A stretch of DNA of 64,000 nt. Origin: Octopus vulgaris. Taxonomy: Eukaryota. The stretch spans positions 70,742,001 to 70,806,000 of the forward strand of contig OX597833.1 of assembly GCA_951406725.2 (NCBI GenBank), written 5' to 3'. The notes under the pieces were generated by a model. It saw nothing but the letters and a program-made list of their open reading frames with translations. It did not search any database and was not told where the DNA came from. Both the position numbers and the translations under genes were made by a program. Position 1 is the stretch's first letter. Each line of letters begins with the position of its first letter. Positions 26,327 through 39,051 of the stretch are shown one piece after another.

Positions 26327-26778
26327 AAAAGCAATAGAAAACTCCAGCTAAGTCACAAGTATTTACTCCCAATCAACTTTTATTTCCTGTCTTACAAAGG
26401 GTTCAATGTGGCCACCACCACAGGCAGCACGGGCAACATCAATGTAATAAGAGAATTCTTCCCAGACGCTCATCAGCATATCAAAAGCAAGTTCGTTATG
26501 GAACTAAAGAATAAATTTGCTTTTGTTTGAGACGATTCCAGAAGATATTGACAGAGAGGGGAAATGGAAAAACTTGGATAAAGCATTCAACCAGACAGCC
26601 AAAGAAGCACTCAATGGATTGTGATATGCTGATATGCGTCTGAGAGGAATTCTCTTATCACATTGATGTTGCCTGTGTTGCAGGTGGTGGCCACATTTGA
26701 AGACTTGCAAGACAGGAAATAAAAGTTGATTGTGAGTAAATACTTGTGACACAGCTGGAGTTTTCTAATTCTTTTGCT
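26327..26778. repeat. Fold-back element with ~155-bp imperfect inverted arms
   Basis: 26327-26484 versus 26621-26778, for example GAAAACTCCAGCT / AGCTGGAGTTTTC. Confidence 0.8.
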
Positions 26779-26827
26779 TATTAAAATATTGCGTAATGAA
26801 ATCGGTTCATTCTTTTAGAATAACCCA

Positions 26828-26866
<39 letters not shown>

Positions 26867-26895
26867 CAAAATAAAAACATGATGCAAAGGATTTA

Positions 26896-26983
26896 GCGGT
26901 ACATATGTTTCTGGCTTTTATTAGACGGTTTATATCAATGCATAATTGATGTAATTTGTATGTCAATAGCCTTCTTCAGCCGC
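26896..26983 (-). ncRNA. Hammerhead ribozyme motif with long branched stem II
   Basis: Minus strand reads GCGG-CTGAAGA-A-GGCT...AGCC-A-GAAA-CATATG-TA-CCGC. Stem I GCGG/CCGC, palindromic ACATATGT stem III, GUA triplet. Confidence 0.65.
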
Positions 26984-28129
26984 GTACAATTACTACTTCA
27001 AGGACATGTATTACATTATAAGTATACAGGTGCTTACAATTATCAAGTATTCACCCTGAATTTTATATATATATATACATGGGCTCATGTGTGTGTCTGC
27101 AAACACACACATATATCCTTAACTCCCCCAAATTATTAGATTTCATATTCTAATAAGTTGTATCATGCCTTTGCCCTTTGTTCCTCAACTCATCCATAAC
27201 AAGGAAGAGTCTGAGAATCTGGGATCATTGTTGAGAGTAGAACAAATTTTAGAAACCCCCGAAAATACTATTGTTGTTGTTGTTGGCATACTTGACAGAA
27301 AATCTTCTGACAACGGTTGCTACAAGATGGCTTTTGCTGTGCCTCACTTCTAATGAATGTCTGTCTGTTTGTATCTCTTGCTTAACCTTTGACCCATCAT
27401 ACTTCCTTCCTTCCTTTCTGCTTTCCTTCCACGTTTATTGCCCCTTTTTACTGGTTTCTAACTCCTGCTCTTTGCATTCTAGCTTATTAGCTCTGTTAGA
27501 ATATAATTACACTTAAACTTAGATTAACACGACCAGGATGCAGCAGCAGCCAACATTCTTTCCCAAAGGCAACTCTTCTGTGTGCAGACTTCCTCATAAT
27601 CTGGTTACAATAATTACAAACTCAGAGCTGTTATCTACAAACAGTCCCAGGCTTAATTGCCTGTCATAATCACCTGCTCACATGCGCACGTGGTATGTAA
27701 ATCGGTTTCTAGTCTGATATTCCGATATTGGGTTCTGGCTTTCACAGCAGAATTCTTCAGAGTCTTTTTTTGTTGGTTTTTTTTTTGTAATTCATTCATT
27801 GTTGTTGCAGTTTATTATTTTTTTTTTTCTTTGTTGGTCTTCCTTGTTATTCACTTTGGCAGCTTTCTTGTTCAATCCATGTCTGTCTCTGTTTGTCGGT
27901 GGCCATTTATTCCTGCCAACCACGCTCCACCCTCACCCCCCACCTTCCGCAAACCCCCACCCCACCCCACAGAGGTTTCGGATTATCACCAGGATGTCTT
28001 CATTTCATTTCATTTCTTTATCTTTCAGGGAATGTGAAATAATGTAAATCACAAATGTTTTATACACATATATAGTGCTCTGTCTGTGTGTGCAAATGTA
28101 TGTGTGAGCACGTAAATATATGTATGTAC

Positions 28130-28171
<42 letters not shown>

Positions 28172-28180
<9 letters not shown>

Positions 28181-28185
28181 CATAT

Positions 28186-28237
<52 letters not shown>

Positions 28238-28478
28238 CATATTGTGTGTATATATATATGTGTATATATATAATTACATATTGTGTGTATATATATATAT
28301 ATATATATAATTACATATTGTGTGTGTATATATATATATATATATATAATTACATATTGTGTGTATATATATATGTGTATATATATAATTACATATTGTG
28401 TGTATATATATATGTGTATATATATAATTACATATTGTGTGTATATATACATGTGTATATATATATAATTACATATTG
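28172..28478. repeat. Minisatellite: ATAATTACATATTGTGTG plus variable (TA)n, 8 units
   Basis: Directly visible. Confidence 0.9.
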
Positions 28479-29013
28479 TTCGTAAGTATGCATAAGTATA
28501 TGTATGTATACATAAATTTAGACATACACATACATATGTGTGTTTATATATATATACACACACATACTTTATATATATATATACACTCACACACATATGT
28601 GTGTGTGTGTATATATATGCATATATTTGTTTTGCAATCTTCTATTTTAAACGGTCTTCTTCTCGCTAAAAAAAAAGAACAAAACGGAAAGGTTTCCGTT
28701 ACAGATCTCACAATGCATAATTAATTAACAGCACTGCGTATTGTACTAACGACCACAGCTATACACACGATTAACCGTGGTGAGAAGGGAGAAGTTTCTC
28801 TCAGTAAACAACCTGAGCACAGATCTGGGGAGATGGTGGGAAAAGGGCACCTGAAAATTAAACAATCTCTATAATATTTGTATGGGAATGTCTGTATGTC
28901 AAGAGGAGATGTGAACACAGACATTTTGATCAAAGCCCTTTGTTGGAGAGAGTGTCTATGTGTATATATATATACATATAAGGTAATGTAGACAAAAAGA
29001 AGACAATTTGAGA

Positions 29014-29210
29014 AGGACAAGTTTTAACAAATGTTGTTTAATTTAATCATGTAAAAAAAAGAGAGTTTTGACGTTTCGGACATTAGTCCTTCATCAGAAA
29101 TAAATTAGAAACTGCAAAACAGTGGTGTGAAGTTTTATATATTATATATGTTTAGGGCTACTATAAACAATTTTTGTTTGTTTTTTTGATGTTCTCTGTC
29201 CAGCGAAGGG
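29014..29210. repeat. ~197-bp HHR-containing repeat, copy 1
   Basis: Nearly identical to 40481-40677. Confidence 0.85.
29067..29100 (-). ncRNA. Minimal hammerhead ribozyme motif with canonical GUC site
   Basis: Minus strand reads TTT-CTGATGA-A-GGAC-TAAT-GTCC-GAAA-C-GTC-AAA. Core intact; stem I only 3 bp. Confidence 0.7.
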
Positions 29211-30600
29211 TTCTGTTCCAAAATGTCTGTATTCTCATCTCCACTCAGTATACACACTTAGCAGAATTTGTGGAGTTTTTTCTGAATGATTTTTTTCACT
29301 GATGCAGATCACCACAAGTCTCTTTCAACACTTTTTTCTTTCCTTCTTTATTCAGTTATTCTTTTTTCTGTTTTTTTCATTTTCTGTTTAAAGAAATCTT
29401 TCTTTCCAGATTCTAAAAAAAAAACAAAAAAAATCTTTCTGTCAATTAAGATATGTAAATGCCATCTATTTATTCATTTGTGTATTCTATTATTATTTCT
29501 TCTTTTCCTTCTTCTTCTTTTTATTATTACTTTTTATTATTATCCTTTCTTCTTATTATTATTATTATTATCACTTCTAAGGTGGTGAACTGGCAGAATC
29601 GTTATCATGCCGGGCAAAATGTTTAACAGCATTTTGTCTGTCCTTACATTCTGGGTTCTAATTCCACTGAGGTCCACTTTGCCTTTCATCCTTTCGGGGG
29701 TCGATAAAATAAGTACCAGTTACGCACTGGGGTTGATGTAATCGACTTATTCCCTCTCTCAAAATTGCTTGATTTGTGCCATTACTATTATTATTATTAT
29801 TTCTACTAAAAATTGTTTTTTGTGTGAATTCATTCTTTTTTCCTTTTTTTTTCTTCTCTAAAACTATATTCGTTAAACCCAACGATCAATCGAAGCCATG
29901 TTTAATTATTTTCAAGCAAATTTTAGATTGGTTTTTAGATCCTACTTGAGCTCTAAAATAAAGAAAAAAATATTGTGGTTGCTCATGCCAACGAGGAGCT
30001 CCATTCATAGCTTCTCAGCTGGCTAGAATAGCAGCTAAATCTCCCTCGTATTATACCCAACCATCTTCAAAATGAAGAACAGATGCTAGAGTCATAGCTG
30101 GAATGGTTTTTGGTCATAGATCTACTTCTTCCGGACTGGCATAGCACCAAACATTGGTCACCCCACAGATGCCATGTCTTGTCTCTCTGACCCTTCTATT
30201 CTACCCCAATAGTCTCTGCTCCTTGGAATCAGGTTATTGCAAATCCCCTCCACCACCATCCCATTTGAACACCCTCCTCTCTCTCTCCCCTTTCATCCAC
30301 TGTTTCTCAAGCATCCACTCACGCCACACAAATCCCCATGGTAAGTCTTAGAGACCCTAAAATAATAAAAGGTGCAATCCTTCCTTGTCTAGATTAAAAA
30401 TAAATCAATACCCCCAACTCAGTTTCAATCCTTATCCTTTGCCAACCATGACTCTGGGGCAGTCGTTGAATTCGAGATGCTTAAAATTGAGTATTAATTG
30501 CATCAATGCCACTAAGTTTTAGAAGTCTTGTGAAGGTCAAGAACAGTATTCTGTCCCCTGATTGAACCTTGGAGCACATAGGTAGATGCTGTTTATATGG

Positions 30601-30826
30601 TTACTCTTTTACTCTTTTACTTGTTTCAGTCATTTGACTGCGGCCATGCTGGAGCACCGCCTTTAATCGAGCAACTCGACCCCGGGACTTATTCTTTTGT
30701 AAGCCCAGTACTTATTCTATCGGTCTCTTTTGCCGAACCGCTAAGTGACGGGGACATAAACACAGCATCAGTTGCTAAAAATGCTAGGGGGACAAACACA
30801 CACACACAAACACATACACACATACA

Positions 30827-30868
<42 letters not shown>

Positions 30869-31039
30869 CATATATACGACAGGCTTCTTTCAGTTTCCAC
30901 CTACCAAATCCACTCACAAGGCATTGGTCGGCCCAAGGCTATAGCAGAAGATACTTGCCCAAGATGCCACGCAGTGGGACTGAACCCAGAACCATGTGGT
31001 TGGTTAGCAAGCTACTTACCACACAGCCACTCCTGCACC
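30601..31039 (-). mobile_element. SINE family A, full length
   Basis: Reverse complement of family A. Confidence 0.9.
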
Positions 31040-32562
31040 TGTTTAAGATTTTTGATAAAAACACATTTTTATCATAAACAAAAAAATGTTGTTGTTACTA
31101 TGAACAACAAAGACCGAGCTAGGCCAAAGTTTATTTTTCTTGGACTGGGTATAATAGAAGCCCCTGCCATGGGTCTGTTGGTGTGTTGCAGTTGCCATCC
31201 ATTGTTTTTGTCCTGTGACAGCACTCTGCCCAGCTACTGTCTGCTGACTGCCATCTTTCTGTGTCTGGTCTGATGTCTGTCATCTGCCATCTGTCAATAG
31301 CCCTCAGTCATTCGTCCAACCCATGCTAGCATGGAAAGCAGACGTTAAACGATGATGATGATGATGATATAGTAGCGGTCTTGCTCAGAAAATGCTCACC
31401 AATGGATGAAATTGTTGTTAGACTTGAATGGTCAGATTTTGTTTATGACATTGGTGATATTCTAGCGAATTGTGATTGCATTCTCAAGCTGTTTTTTTCT
31501 TTTACATCGGATATATTGATCTGGGTTCGATTGCTAAGTATTCCTGCTACATGGTCAACCATTCAGACAGTTAACCCGTTCGTTGTGGAAGCCATCAGAC
31601 AGCCACAAAATAAATTTTCAGCTAAAATGTCACCACAAACCCAACCAATTCTCTGCTAAGACCCAACCCCACCCCTAACTAAACCCAATTCACACTTAAA
31701 ACCCAGCCATAGTTTTTATGACAGATCTAAATATGGTTTCTTGATGAAAAGATCATCTTAAAAGTAATCAATTAGAAATTAATTTAATTAGTTTTGCTCT
31801 CCAACTTCATCGTTTGTTCAGGTCAGCTTTTTTAGTGTTAAAATTACATAATTGCTATTAATTATATAACTAACCCTGTTGGCAGAGATGTTTTCTAGCT
31901 GCTACCGCTGTCCCTGTAAATGTCAGTGTAGAACGTTAGGTCAGGCACCACTTATCAGTCAAAGGCCTTCCAGCCATGACTATCTTGTTTTGTTTTTTTT
32001 TTGTCCTTGGACATAACATATTTAGGATGCAGTTAGCTAATGTCCCTTCCTTTTTAAAATGATTGTAATTTGAAGGAATTTGGCTACTGTTTCTAGCAAG
32101 TCAAATGACCACATAGAGGCTTTTTTTGTCAATTTGAAAGTTGCTTAGCCCAAGGTCAGCCTTTTTGGAGCAGACCTGTGATCAAAGTTCCAGCTATGAC
32201 CATTCCATCCATCCCTTGGCTATTGTGTATTTAAGACAATCCAATGTGATCTATTTCCATGAGGGTAATAACACACCGAGGGTGATTAAGCAGCTATTTC
32301 TAGCTGGCCGACTTGTATGATAATGTAAGAGAGAGCTGAGGCAACCACTGATAACCAATGTTGGGGATATCATCACCACAAGTTATTGTGATGGCTGTGT
32401 GTGTATGTGTATGCATATATGTATGTGTGTGTGTGTTACAAATACTTACATATTCATATAGCAATACAGATAAAGGGTGAAATATAATTAATTTAATAAA
32501 ATCAACAAATTTCACCAAGTAGTGTTTCGGTATGGAAAAGGACCATATTCGGTAAAAGTATA

Positions 32563-33212
32563 TATAATTATAACAATGAGGATCGATGCAACAGGTTGCT
32601 AGACCACATACCGAAAGTATTAGAAATAGCAGCCAGAAAACTACTATTTCCTTTTACTCTTTTACTTGTTTCAGTCATTTGACTGTGGCCATGCTGGAGC
32701 ACCGCCTTTTAATCAAGCAACTCGACCCCGGGACTTATTCTTTTTGTAAGCCCAGTACTTATTCTATCGGTCTCTTTTGCCGAACCGCTAAGTAACGGGG
32801 ACATAAACACACCAGCACCGGTTGTCAAGCAATGCTAGGGGGACAAACACAGACACACAAACATATACATATATATATATATATATATACATATATACGA
32901 CAGGCTTCTTTCAGTTTCCGTCTACCAAATCCACTCACAAGGCATTGGTCGGCCCGGGGCTATAGCAGAAGACACTTGCCCAAGATGCCACGCAGTGGGA
33001 CTGAACCCGGAACCATGTGGTTGGTTAGCAAGCTACTTACCACACAGCCACAAAAATATGTCTCCACAGACAACAGTATTACAACAGTATTACTGTTGCC
33101 TGTGGAGACATTTTTGTAGTAAATGAAATAACAGTCCTCTAGCTGCTATTTCTAATACTTTTGGTATGTGGTCTAGCAACCTGTTGCAAAGACCCTCATT
33201 GTTATAATTATA
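32563..33212. repeat. Fold-back element interrupted by a SINE in its left arm
   Basis: 32563-32650 plus 33051-33078 pair with 33090-33212. The SINE occupies 32651-33050. Confidence 0.8.
32651..33050 (-). mobile_element. SINE family A, missing first ~10 nt, nested in a fold-back element
   Basis: Reverse complement of family A. Confidence 0.9.
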
Positions 33213-33413
33213 TTCATATATAATATATAAAAGGCAGAGAAGATACCTGAAGTATATATAATTTGTACATTAAATGTGTTGAGTTTTAAATAATGATTCA
33301 TTTAATAAAATGGTTTCAATGTTTTTGTAAATATTTGGTTTGTTTTGTTTTTTCAATTTTTATTTCTTTTGTTGTATTAATTTGTTGTTTTTCTTTTTTC
33401 TTTCTCTTTGTAG

Positions 33414-34758
33414 CATCCAGATAAAGGATGACGACCCTGGGAACTTGAAACACAGCATTGTGCAGACACTGGTGTCTCCGCCGGGAACATTGCCATCGCC
33501 ATCATGCCGCAACCCTTCCAGTCCGCAGAAAACTAGCTTCAACAGGAAATGTAGCCTGATCAAAGAGGAGTTGGGAGATGATGATGGAGCGGCCAGCGGG
33601 GGGAGTGAAGAGGTCGAAGTGAAGGCAACTCGATCAGTTGAAAATTTGTTGGAGTCGAAGAAGAGGAGCGTGGCGTCTGACCCGATTTACCAGATGGACT
33701 CCACGTCTGTTCGTCGAGCCCTACACTCCGTGGCTAGCTCTCCTCAATTACTCAATCAGATCTCAGAAGAAAGGGAATCGGATGAAGAAGAAGAAATATC
33801 CGTGTTGCCTTCGTCTGCCTCCAAGACGCTTCACCGAAGCATGTACAGTTGCCGGCCGAACCTAACCTCTGCCGAGATGCGCAAGTTTGAGCAGCACAAG
33901 AAGCGCAGAGGCACGGGGCAGCGGGGCACGAGTTGCAGCAGTTCCGATGCCAGCGACACAGAGGAGACGGAGAACATTGCTCGCAAGGACAAACTGAAAC
34001 ACAAATTTGCCACTCGTCGAGACAGCAGCGACCATTCTAGCGACAATGACGGGCCGGGGGGCCTCAGTGCGCCATCGGGGGGCAGTCGTTCGGTCGGACG
34101 CAGCAGTAGCAGCAATAGGGGTGAGGGCAAGCAGGGCAGCAAGAGCAGCGACCACCAAGACAAATCGTCTGAAAAGAAAGGTCAGAAGGGGTCGGGTGGA
34201 AAAAGCTCGAGGGCAAACACGACAACCACCAGTTACAGGAGCTGTAGTGATGGCAACACCAGCAGCAGCAGTAGCAGCGGTAGCAGCAGCAGCACCAAAC
34301 CACAGTCTTGTCATTTGAACGGGGCAACAGGGTGCTGTTCCCAGTTAATTGAAAACTTGTGTGAAACAAAGCAGACGGGGCATAATTTTTCGAAATTGTG
34401 TCTTGAAGATAAGCAGAGCCTTCTGGAGCAGGACGGCAAAAGGGCCAAACCCAATAACCAAAAGGACTTGGACGTGAATTTGTTGAACAAACTCAACTCC
34501 CACATTTGGGAAGTGAAGTCCCGTAACAATAGTGACTACAAAGAGATCAAGCAGTCGGCTAAGATAACCCCGGATGAAATCTTGTCGATGTGCTCTTCGG
34601 ACTGTAACTTGCATATACGGAAGGGGAAGAGGTTCGGACGACGGATCAAGACCGATATCAATCGGAACGGCCTGAAGCCGAGCATGTGTAAGCTATCGAG
34701 TTCTTCCAAGACTAGCCATTCTATAAAACTAGAGACAAAATGTTGCTCACTTGTGTAA
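33414..34758 (+). CDS. SNRK: Terminal coding exon of an SNF-related serine/threonine kinase (C-terminal regulatory region; kinase exons not seen in the window)
   Basis: Only long GC-rich non-repetitive ORF. Polypyrimidine tract and TAG acceptor at 33411-33413 (phase 2); TAA stop ends at 34758. Motifs RKCSLIKEE, LNQISEERESDEEE, GTSCSSSDASD, RRDSSD and terminal CCSLV follow the order of my recalled human SNRK tail (RKCLFRVEE, LNQIFEEGESDDE, SSCSSSETSD, RRDSSE, CCHVI). Confidence 0.85.
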
Positions 34759-35139
34759 AATATTGGGGGAAAAAAACAAAAAAAAAGAAAAGACAATAAC
34801 AACAAAAATAATAATAATAATAACAATAATATTAACAATAATAATAATAATAATAATGAAGTAAATTAATTAATTAAAATGAAACAAGACAACAAACAAA
34901 ACTAAAAAAAAAAAATATTCTTTTGAAATCAGATCCTCAGATCCTATTAACCAATAAACAGAACGTAAAATACGTGAAAATTTGTAAATCCCAAACTTTT
35001 TATCTTTTTACCTCTCCTCCCACCCCCCTTTTCTTTTACCCCTTATTCCCCCTTCTCCCTCTTCCACCCACCCTATACTTAGCTATGACCCCCATATATA
35101 ATGTAATATATGTGAGTGTGTGCATGTATGTGTGAATGT

Positions 35140-35182
<43 letters not shown>

Positions 35183-36074
35183 TATATCTCATTCTCACTA
35201 ACAGATATGTAATTACTCTTCTAACCCTGACTTCTAAAATCAAACTATGTCTTGCTATTAACAGAATGTTATTTCAAGAATCCCTTTTTTTTTTTTTTTA
35301 TAATATTTATATTATGGAAAGACAAAACAGGAAAAAAACTGGGTATTTTTTTTTTCATTTTTTCATTTTTTTAAACATTTTTTTGTACATTGTTGTTGTT
35401 GTGATCAATTGTCATTAATTAGTCTTGAATTAAAGAAGATATTTGCATGTGTATGTATGTACGTATGTATGTTTGTATATATATATATACATATATACAC
35501 ACACACACGCAAATATATACATTCATATATATATTAAAACTATATAAAATATGTAAAACTAAAGATATATATATATATACATACACACACACATATATAT
35601 ATGTATACACATATATATATATCTACAACCACATGTGTAACAACTAATGAAGTAGACCTCGTTATTGCTGGAAATTGAGGGCTAAATTTATAAAACGACA
35701 CAGATATGGAACACTCACCTTGGAGGCCCTGAGTGTCGTGACAGCGGCCCCAAACCCACTGTACTTCACCCATCAGCTTTTGCATGTTTAATACTGGGGC
35801 AAGCACTGCATTGAGACTGCTTTCTACCTGCAAAAGCTGACGGGCGGACGGAGTGCCGTGCGTTTTCAGTTGCTGCCAAGACACTGTCTTCAGTGTGAGC
35901 ATTCCATATTGCAATAAATACATATATATTTACACACACACATATATGTATATGTATGTACGTATATGTATGTATATATATGTGTATGTGTACGTACGTA
36001 TTTGTATATCTGTATGTGTATGTGTACGTACGTATTTGTATATCTGTATATGTATGTGTATATGTACGTACATG

Positions 36075-36124
<50 letters not shown>

Positions 36125-38217
36125 TATATGTATGTATATATATATGTACATATATGTATGTATATATATATGTACATATATGTATATATATATATATGTA
36201 CATATATGTATATATATATATATGTACATATATGTATGTATATATATATGTACATATTTGTATATATATATATGTACACATATGTATGTATGTATATATA
36301 TATATATGTACACATATGTATGTATGTATATATATATATCTATATGTATATATATATGTACATATATGTATGTAATATATATATATATATATATATATAA
36401 ATATGTATATATATATGTATATATGTATTTACATGCACACACACACACACACATGTACATGCACACACAAAACCCTATCTCTGAAGATATATATGTATAT
36501 ACATATATATATGTATATAAATGATTGCGTAAATAATTTAAAATATATTTATTTTATTAATCATCTTTTTTTTTTCTAAAAAAAGAAAAAGGAAAGAAAG
36601 AAACCATAGTGTGCAGTTGTTAAATCATTATCTGACATTTGCCATTGTTTTTTTTTTTGGTTTTTTTTACACTAAAATATTTACATTTGGCCGAGATTTT
36701 CAAATAATTTCTCCTCACGGCTTCAATACAGAAACTAAACCACAAAGATTTACACACACACATACTTTGACACACATACACACATTTGGAAAATAGGGAA
36801 TTCGACAATTATTATTAGATGCAGTTAGATTCCTTCTTCCCTTTCTTTTATATATATATATTTTTTAATTAACGATTTTAATTATATCTCACCTTTCTGA
36901 GGTAAACTATCAACTCACATTTTATTTTTATTTTGGTTTTTTTTTTGTTAATAAAGAATTTGTTAAATTCAGAAGAGGTCAAAGGTGACAGGAAGTACCA
37001 TGAGTTTGAGTGCAAGGGGGCGCCCCCCTCTGCAATAAAGAAAATCTAAAATAGGGATAATGTATGAGGAATACCTGTAATTACAGGGGTCAACCCGGGA
37101 GGGATTTCCATGTACATATGTGTATACAAATGCACACACCTGTGTATATACACCTGTAAATATGCACACACACACATACACTTGCATATTTATTATATTT
37201 GTATGTAGACAAATACACACACGTATGTGTATATATATACACACACATGCACGTATATATGTGTATATACATGATATATATATACACATACACTAAAACA
37301 TAAATTATATATACATATATATAAAACATATGTATACATATTTATTCATATATGTATATGTGTGTGTATATGTATTGATAAATATGTGTGTATATAGATA
37401 TATATGTATGTGCACACTCCCACACACAGAATATATATTTTATGTATAAAAATGTACATATAGAAAAAAATGAATTGAATACATATGTATGTATGTATGT
37501 ATGTGTTAGTATGTATTTATTTGTAAATATATATATTGTGTGTGTATATGTACATATATAATTTTACACACACACAGACACACACACACTCACACAAACT
37601 CTTCCTCTGTATATGCAAATGTTGACAAGTAGCAATTAAAACCAAGACTTCCTAATGAACAATTATAGCCAAGGATGTCCGTGTGTTACTTCCACCAAAT
37701 ATATTTTATCCAACCATCCAGTGTCTACTCCATCTGCTTCTCCTATTTATCAACATCTTCATCCTCTCCCCCACTCTCCCCCTATGATATATCGATGAGG
37801 TTTCCTTTTTTTTTTTTTAAACTTTGTTGGGTAATTTTTAAATTTTTTTTTTATTATTAAAGGGGTTGGGTCTCCGATATTTCATAGATTTAAAAATCTG
37901 GGACTCATTTTTTTTTTTTTATTAAATGTAGAAATTTTTTTTGGCTGCAGGATGTTCTTCATTGGACTACAAAATCACAATGCCTTCTGCCATTAATGAA
38001 ATTGTTTTGTCTAAAAATTTGTTTTATTTTTAATTGTTTTTTTAATGTTTTTTTAAAAATTTCTTCTCATTATTCCAACTCATATTGAGTTGATGTGTTT
38101 TTAGTAATAAAAGATATCTCGTTATAATCAAACTAGTTTTGTATTGCTTAAAAGTCTCTCTCTCTCACTATCACTACCTTTTCTAGCTCCATACCCTTTC
38201 AACTTCATATCTCCCTC

Positions 38218-38257
<40 letters not shown>

Positions 38258-39051
38258 GTGTATATATATATATATACACATACACACACACACCTATGTC
38301 CTTCCAGTCTTCCACGTAAAGCCTTTCTTTTAAGATAGTCTGGGTGTGATTTGAGTTTAGACATCGTTTCCATTTCTGACCGGTTCACTGACATTCTGGT
38401 CAACCTTCTTTGTCTTTTATAAAGTTAGTCAAAGACAGGATTAGAACCAGCACAACCATTTTGTATCCAAATCCTTTTACCTCTTTCATATGAATTCTTC
38501 CGGTCCTAGATTCAAGACGCAGCATACCTTATTATTGTTGCCCTGTAAAAGCACTGAAGATGATCCCAGTTCTTTTTTTTGTTTTTTTTTTTGTTTTTTA
38601 TAGTAAAATAATTTCACATTTTTCAAGAAAAAAAAATGTCAAAAATTATAAAATTGTGAGATTTGAAAATACTTTGATTCCCTCTTCTTGCTGTTTGCAT
38701 ACATGAAGAATGCTGCTTTCATTTTCTTTTAAAATATTGTAAAAGCAGGAAACGTTCACATAAATTTGACAGATGGAGGCAAATGACGAAGAGGTTTGTG
38801 TAAGTTTAAAGATGGAATCAAGAAAAAAGGAGAGGATGTGAGGGAGAGAGAGAAAGAGAGAAACTGGAAAAGATTGAATTGTGGGGTTGGAGTGAGGATG
38901 GTGTACAAAATAGACAATGAAAGTAACGTTTTTATTACGATGTATTGAAATTGGAATTTTTAATGATTTTTCTATCATTTTAGATTGATTTAAAAGCTTG
39001 TTTAGTTTCAGTTACATATGTAGATGTACTTGCATTGTGATCATTAATAAA
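34759..39051 (+). other. Probable long 3' UTR of the SNRK-like gene (3' end uncertain)
   Basis: Follows the stop codon. No recognisable full SINE for about 4.3 kb. AATAAA near 34953, 35913, 36950, 38107 and 39046. Confidence 0.4.
35925..36520. repeat. Compound (TA)/(TATG)/(TGTACA) microsatellite in the presumed 3' UTR
   Basis: Directly visible. Confidence 0.9.

Noticed and set aside
27500-27697. Possible exon ending at GTATGT
   Set aside because: All three frames contain stops between the candidate acceptors and the donor.
33831-34614. Antisense and alternate-frame ORFs over the SNRK exon
   Set aside because: Shadow ORFs of a GC-rich coding exon.
35884-35902. CAGTGT loop suggesting an iron-responsive element
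   Set aside because: The flanking 5-bp upper stem does not pair fully.
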